64,000 bases of DNA from an uncultured Chloroflexia bacterium (GTDB taxonomy: Bacteria; Chloroflexota; Limnocylindria; Limnocylindrales; CSP1-4). The notes under the pieces were generated by a model. It made no database searches. It saw only the letters and a program-made list of their open reading frames with translations, and had not been told where the DNA came from. Made by a program: the position numbers and the translations under genes. The DNA lies in contig CAVQJC010000001.1 of the NCBI GenBank assembly GCA_963712745.1, forward strand, positions 96,001-160,000. Direction: 5' to 3'. The stretch's first letter is position 1; the number at the start of each line of letters is the position of its first letter. Positions 59,434-64,000 of this stretch are shown here, one piece after another.

Positions 59434-60220
59434 GCAGCCGCTCCTCGTCGTCGATGGGGTGAGCAAGCGTTTCGGAGGATTGCAGGCCGTGGACGCTGCG
59501 TCGTTCAGCGTGGGACCCGCGAGCATCACGGCGCTGATCGGCCCCAACGGTGCCGGCAAGACGACGGTCTTCAACCTGCTGAGCGGCTACCTCCCCTCCG
59601 ATAGTGGCACGGTCCGGTTCGATGGCGGGTCGGTCAGCGGCCTGAAGGCGCATGCCATCGCTCGGCGCGGCCTGGTGCGCACCTTCCAGATCCCGCGTGT
59701 GCTGACGCGCATGAGCGTTCTGGAGAACGTCATGCTTGCCGCCCAGCACCAGCCGGGCGAGCGGATGGGCGCGGCGCTGGTGATCCCCCGTCGCATCAGG
59801 CGTCGAGAGGACGAGGTGCGCCAGCAGGCCGACGAGATCCTGCGCCTGGTGAATCTCGAGCGGCTGGCAGGGGACTACGCAGGGACGCTGTCAGGCGGCC
59901 AGCGCAAACTCCTCGAGTTCGGGCGAGTGCTCATGACCGACCCCAAGCTGATCCTGCTCGACGAGCCCATGGCCGGCGTGAACCCGACGCTCGGCGAACA
60001 GCTCCTGGAGCACGTCGTGGAACTGCGCGCCTCGCGCGGCATCGGCTTCGTGTTCATCGAGCACGACATGGACGTGGTCATGTCGTACGCCGAGCGCGTC
60101 GTGGTCATGGACGAGGGCCGCGTCGTGGCCGATGCCTCGCCCGACGAGGTACGCGCCGACCCGCGCGTGATCGAGGCGTACCTGGGACGCCACGCCGCCG
60201 ATATCGAGGACGAAGCATGA
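59423..60220 (+). CDS. HAAT ABC ATPase (LivG-like)
   Basis: GPNGAGKTT, RTFQ, LSGGQRK, LDEPMAG, VIEAYLG. Confidence 0.93.
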   Translation: MRSEQPLLVVDGVSKRFGGLQAVDAASFSVGPASITALIGPNGAGKTTVFNLLSGYLPSDSGTVRFDGGSVSGLKAHAIARRGLVRTFQIPRVLTRMSVLENVMLAAQHQPGERMGAALVIPRRIRRREDEVRQQADEILRLVNLERLAGDYAGTLSGGQRKLLEFGRVLMTDPKLILLDEPMAGVNPTLGEQLLEHVVELRASRGIGFVFIEHDMDVVMSYAERVVVMDEGRVVADASPDEVRADPRVIEAYLGRHAADIEDEA

Positions 60221-61089
60221 GCATCGCCCCCCGGTCCGTCGAGACGCTGCCCGAGGATGCGTCCGCGAGCAAGGAGCATGCGCTCACGGTGACCGACGTC
60301 GTCAGCGGCTATGTCGACGAGCCGGTCCTTCGGGGCGTCTCCATCGACGTGCCGCGACAGACGGTCGTCACCGTCATCGGGCCCAACGGCTCGGGCAAGT
60401 CGACGCTGCTCAAGACCATCGTCGGACTGCTGCGTGGCCGTGAGGGCTCGGTCCTGATGCTCGATCGCGACGGTGCCCGACAGGAGCTCATCGGCAAGCG
60501 ACCGCACCAAGTCGTGGAGCTGGGTCTAGCCTTCGTGCCCCAGCTCTCGAACGTCTTCACCGACCTGTCCATCCGGGAGAACCTCGAGATCGGCGGCTTC
60601 CCGATCCGTGGCAATGAAGGCGAGCGCATGGACCGTGTGCTGGAGCACTTCCCGATCCTGCGAGAGCGGCTGAGCCAGCGCGCCGGAACCCTGTCCGGTG
60701 GCCAGCGGCAGATGCTCGCGCTGGGACGCGCCCTGATGAGCGATCCCCACCTGCTGGTGCTCGACGAACCCTCGGCCGGCCTGGCTCCGACCGTCGTCGA
60801 CGAGGTCTTCGAGCGCATCCAGTCCATCAACGCCAGTGGCATCACCGTGCTCATCGTCGAGCAGAAGGCGCGCCAGTGCCTGGCCATCTCGGACTACGGC
60901 TACGTCCTGGACATGGGCAAGAATCGCTACGAGGGGCCGGGCAAGCAGCTGCTGCACGACCCCGAGGTGGTGGACCTGTACCTGGGCTCACGCGGTCGGT
61001 TGGGCCGGTCTCGGCAAGCCGCGGCCAGGGCCGCGAAGTCCGTGGCAAACGAAGCCCGTGATGCCCAGCCAGGTACATCGGACGCATGA
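60217..61089 (+). CDS. HAAT ABC ATPase (LivF-like)
   Basis: GPNGSGKST, LSGGQRQML, LDEPSAGLAP, LYLG. Confidence 0.93.
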   Translation: MSIAPRSVETLPEDASASKEHALTVTDVVSGYVDEPVLRGVSIDVPRQTVVTVIGPNGSGKSTLLKTIVGLLRGREGSVLMLDRDGARQELIGKRPHQVVELGLAFVPQLSNVFTDLSIRENLEIGGFPIRGNEGERMDRVLEHFPILRERLSQRAGTLSGGQRQMLALGRALMSDPHLLVLDEPSAGLAPTVVDEVFERIQSINASGITVLIVEQKARQCLAISDYGYVLDMGKNRYEGPGKQLLHDPEVVDLYLGSRGRLGRSRQAAARAAKSVANEARDAQPGTSDA

Positions 61090-63515
61090 CGCACCTGGCC
61101 TCCAAACCGCGCCGGTTCCTGGGCTCGTCCATGCCGGTCCGGCTGGCCTGGCAGGCGCTCGGTGCGGAGTGGCTCGATGACCGCTCGATGCGAGTCGATG
61201 TCCGCGCAGAACGCTTCGAACCGTCACTCGAGGTGCTCACCGGCGTACCCAGTGAGATCGCGGCAGGCCCCGTCGGGGAGCACAAGGACGCCACGGTGCA
61301 GGTCGACGCCTGGAGCGACAACGTCATCCGCGTACGCTGGAGCCCAGGCGGGGTGCTCCCCGATGGCGCGACGCCGATGCTGGTGGGCGCACCCGAGGCG
61401 CTGGGTCAGTTCGAGCGTCTCGACGGTGACGAGGATGGAGCATTCGGCCTGCGTACAGGGGCCTGGACGGTATGGGTCGAACCCGATCCGATCCGGCTCG
61501 TCGTACGTGACCGGGATGGCGCCGTCGTCGCAGTGACCCGTGCCCCCGACCACGAGGCTATCCGGCGCTCGGATGGCATGTGGGACCGGACCGCGCAGCG
61601 ATGGCTGTACCTCAACCGCCACGCCTATCCGCTCGGCTCGACCGAAGAAGGGGTCGACCGGTGCGCCTTCGTCACCTTCGAGCTGCGGCCCGACGAGCGC
61701 GTCTATGGCCTCGGCGAGAGCTTCGGACGGGTCGAGAAGACCGGCCTCGAGCAGCGACTGTGGGTGGCGGAGGCCTTCACCAACAACTCGCCGGTGGTGT
61801 ACAAGCCCGTGCCCTTCTGCCTGTCCACACGCGGCTACGGCATCTACGTCAACAGCTCACACGCGATGCAGACACACATCGGCGACCTGGACCCTACGGC
61901 GCTATCGTGGATCGTCGAAGACACCGACGTGCTCGACTTCTTCATCGTCCTGGGGCCCGGGCTGCCCGACGTCCTGCGTCGCTACACCGACCTCACCGGC
62001 ACGCCCGCGGTGCCTCCACGCTGGTCGTTCGGGCTGTGGCTCAGCCGCTGCACGTACACCTCCCAGGACGAGGTGCTGGAGGTGGCGCGGGAGGCGCGGG
62101 AGCGCGACATCCCCGCAGACGTGATGCACATCGACACCGGCTGGTTCGAGAACGACTGGGTCTGTGACTGGCGCTTCGGTTCACGCTTCCCGGACCCCGC
62201 CGCGATGGTCGCGGAGCTGCGCGACATGGGTTTCGCGGTGACTCTCTGGCAGTGGCCCTACGTCGGCGTCGACTCGCCGGCCTTCGCCGAGGCGCGTGAC
62301 GCTGGTGTGCTGGTCCGCCGTCGCGGCGGTGGGGTGCTCGTGCTGCCCGGCCGCAACGGACCCGACGTGGGGGTCATCGACTACTCCGACCCGGCCGCAG
62401 CGCGCTGGCTCCAGGATCGCCTGCGGCCGCTACTTGAGATGGGTGTCGCCGCGATCAAGGCGGATTTCGGCGAAGCTGCTCCGGCCGATGGTGTCTACGC
62501 CGGCATCGCCTCGGAGGCAGCCCACAACGCCTATCCCCTCCTCTACAACCGAGCCGTCTGGGAGGCATCCGAGGGTGTACGGGGATCGGAGGACACGGTC
62601 ATCTGGGCGCGCTCCGCATGGGCCGGCTCGCAGCGCTATCCGCTGCACTGGTCCGGCGATGGCCTCGCTCGCCATGAGGATCTTGCGTGCGTGCTGCGCG
62701 CGGCGCTCTCGATGGGGCTCTCAGGCTTCCCCTTCTACAGCCATGACATCGGCGGTTTCCTGGGGGAACCCAGCCCGGAGCTCTACGTCCGCTGGGCGCA
62801 GTTGGGGCTGTTCTCGTCGCACGCCCGCACGCACGGCCTGGGTCCACGCGAACCGTGGGCCTTCGGCGCAGAGGCCGAAACCATCGTGCGCCGCTATGCC
62901 CAGCTCAGATACGAACTGATGCCGTACTTGTGGAGCGAGGCGCTCGAGTGCGGACATACCAGTCTGCCCATGCTGCGGCACCTGGTTCTCGCCTACCCTG
63001 ACGACCCGACGGTCAGGGCTATCGAGGACGAATTCCTCCTCGGAGGTTCCCTGCTGGTGGCGCCCGTCCTTGACGAACGGGATGCCAGGGACGTGTACCT
63101 GCCACACGGCGAGTGGGTCGAGTGGCACACCGGTGAGGTGCTCCAGGGCGGATGCTGGAGACACGTGTCAGCACCTCTCGAGGTCCTGCCCATCTACCTG
63201 CGCGGAGGCTCCATCATCCCGCTCGGGCCGCGCGCGAGGTATTCGGGCGAGCAGCGGCTCGATCCGTTGCGGCTGCTCATCCCAGAGCCTGGACGGGCTG
63301 GTGGATACACCGTGCGTGACCCGGAAGGCGACATCCATGTGGCCTACGTCAAAGACGGCGACCGGCTCGAGGTCGACGTGACCGGAGCACGTGGCGAAGT
63401 CTCAGTGGAGGTCCCAGGCCGCTCGGCGTGGGAGGAGGAGAGGTCCTCGTCGAACGGGCACGACGGCGGGCGGCGGCGCCTCCTGGTACGGGTGCAGCCG
63501 GAGCGTTCGTCTTGA
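61086..63515 (+). CDS. GH31 alpha-glycosidase (YicI alpha-xylosidase-like)
   Basis: YGLGESF, WSFGLW, IKADFGE (nucleophile), HNAY, HWSGD (acid/base), SHDIGGF, EPW. Confidence 0.92.
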   Translation: MTHLASKPRRFLGSSMPVRLAWQALGAEWLDDRSMRVDVRAERFEPSLEVLTGVPSEIAAGPVGEHKDATVQVDAWSDNVIRVRWSPGGVLPDGATPMLVGAPEALGQFERLDGDEDGAFGLRTGAWTVWVEPDPIRLVVRDRDGAVVAVTRAPDHEAIRRSDGMWDRTAQRWLYLNRHAYPLGSTEEGVDRCAFVTFELRPDERVYGLGESFGRVEKTGLEQRLWVAEAFTNNSPVVYKPVPFCLSTRGYGIYVNSSHAMQTHIGDLDPTALSWIVEDTDVLDFFIVLGPGLPDVLRRYTDLTGTPAVPPRWSFGLWLSRCTYTSQDEVLEVAREARERDIPADVMHIDTGWFENDWVCDWRFGSRFPDPAAMVAELRDMGFAVTLWQWPYVGVDSPAFAEARDAGVLVRRRGGGVLVLPGRNGPDVGVIDYSDPAAARWLQDRLRPLLEMGVAAIKADFGEAAPADGVYAGIASEAAHNAYPLLYNRAVWEASEGVRGSEDTVIWARSAWAGSQRYPLHWSGDGLARHEDLACVLRAALSMGLSGFPFYSHDIGGFLGEPSPELYVRWAQLGLFSSHARTHGLGPREPWAFGAEAETIVRRYAQLRYELMPYLWSEALECGHTSLPMLRHLVLAYPDDPTVRAIEDEFLLGGSLLVAPVLDERDARDVYLPHGEWVEWHTGEVLQGGCWRHVSAPLEVLPIYLRGGSIIPLGPRARYSGEQRLDPLRLLIPEPGRAGGYTVRDPEGDIHVAYVKDGDRLEVDVTGARGEVSVEVPGRSAWEEERSSSNGHDGGRRRLLVRVQPERSS

Positions 63516-63555
63516 CCATCCAGGCCCGCTCGAGGACAGTGCTGAGAGGGTCCGC

Positions 63556-63960
63556 ATGACCGATAGGCTCCAGGCCCACATCGACGAGTTCCGGACGCAC
63601 GACGGGAAGTTGGGCGGTGATTTCGAGGGTTCCTCGACGCTGCTGCTGCACCACCTGGGCGCGAAGACCGGCATCGAGCGCGTGTGCCCCCTGGGGTACC
63701 AGCTTGTCGATGGTGACTACGCCGTCTTCGGTACCAACTGGGGCAGGCCCGAGCATCCGGCCTGGTACTACAACGTCCAGGCCCACCCGGAGACGACGAT
63801 CGAAGTCGGCAGCGAGGCGTTCCCCGTCAGGGCTCGCGTGGTGCAAGGTGAGGAACGGGACCGGATCTGGGCTCGCCAGGCCCAGCTCGTGCCTGCCATG
63901 GGCGAATACGGGCGACGAGCCGGTCGCAAGATCCCCGTGGTGATCCTGGAGCCGATCTGA
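63556..63960 (+). CDS. Deazaflavin (F420)-dependent nitroreductase-family oxidoreductase
   Basis: IDEFR...G.LGG, LLLHHLGAKTG..R, HPAWYYNVQAHP, RKIPVVILEP. Confidence 0.88.
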   Translation: MTDRLQAHIDEFRTHDGKLGGDFEGSSTLLLHHLGAKTGIERVCPLGYQLVDGDYAVFGTNWGRPEHPAWYYNVQAHPETTIEVGSEAFPVRARVVQGEERDRIWARQAQLVPAMGEYGRRAGRKIPVVILEPI

Positions 63961-64000
63961 CCGAGAAGGGCGATAGGCGTGGTCGTCGACTGCAGCGGGT

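Noticed and set aside
61086-63515. Sulfoquinovosidase feeding a sulfonate glycyl radical enzyme
   Set aside because: The nucleophile context KADFGE is YicI-like rather than WMADFGE, and the GRE has HypD rather than IslA/HpsG motifs.

Overview
High-GC bacterial accessory region. A Chloroflexota/Actinomycetota-like origin is a guess from protein style only. Several genes carry single-base frameshifts that look like long-read errors. The window is a patchwork of cargo blocks: ROK/YhfX/sugar SBP, gluQ, small membrane proteins, an orphan TadE-TadE-TadG triplet, IS481 and IS110 remnants, secreted proteins, an AT3-SGNH acyltransferase, a dihydroxyacetone kinase/PTS operon, radical SAM-FBA-PadR, a CLC channel, a sugar ABC-ADH-ALDH-amidohydrolase operon, TetR/hydrolase and three UROD-fold genes. 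Two signals stand out. (1) A co-oriented degenerate repeat, made of a tyrosine-integrase C-terminal tail plus the 3' half of a tRNA-Asn-like gene, occurs at least five times (~5.2, 8.8, 31.8, 41.3, 42.2 kb). These copies bracket complete cargo operons and cut neighbouring genes, suggesting a tandem array of tRNA-targeted, probably non-autonomous cargo cassettes. (2) A LacI-controlled divergent regulon joins an amino-acid-type ABC importer, a GH127 beta-L-arabinofuranosidase, a GH31 glycosidase, a HypD-like glycyl radical hydroxyproline dehydratase with its activase, and a hydroxyproline-type enolase-superfamily enzyme. It is a candidate anaerobic pathway for glycosylated hydroxyproline. Family assignments come from motif recognition and memory; no database search was run.
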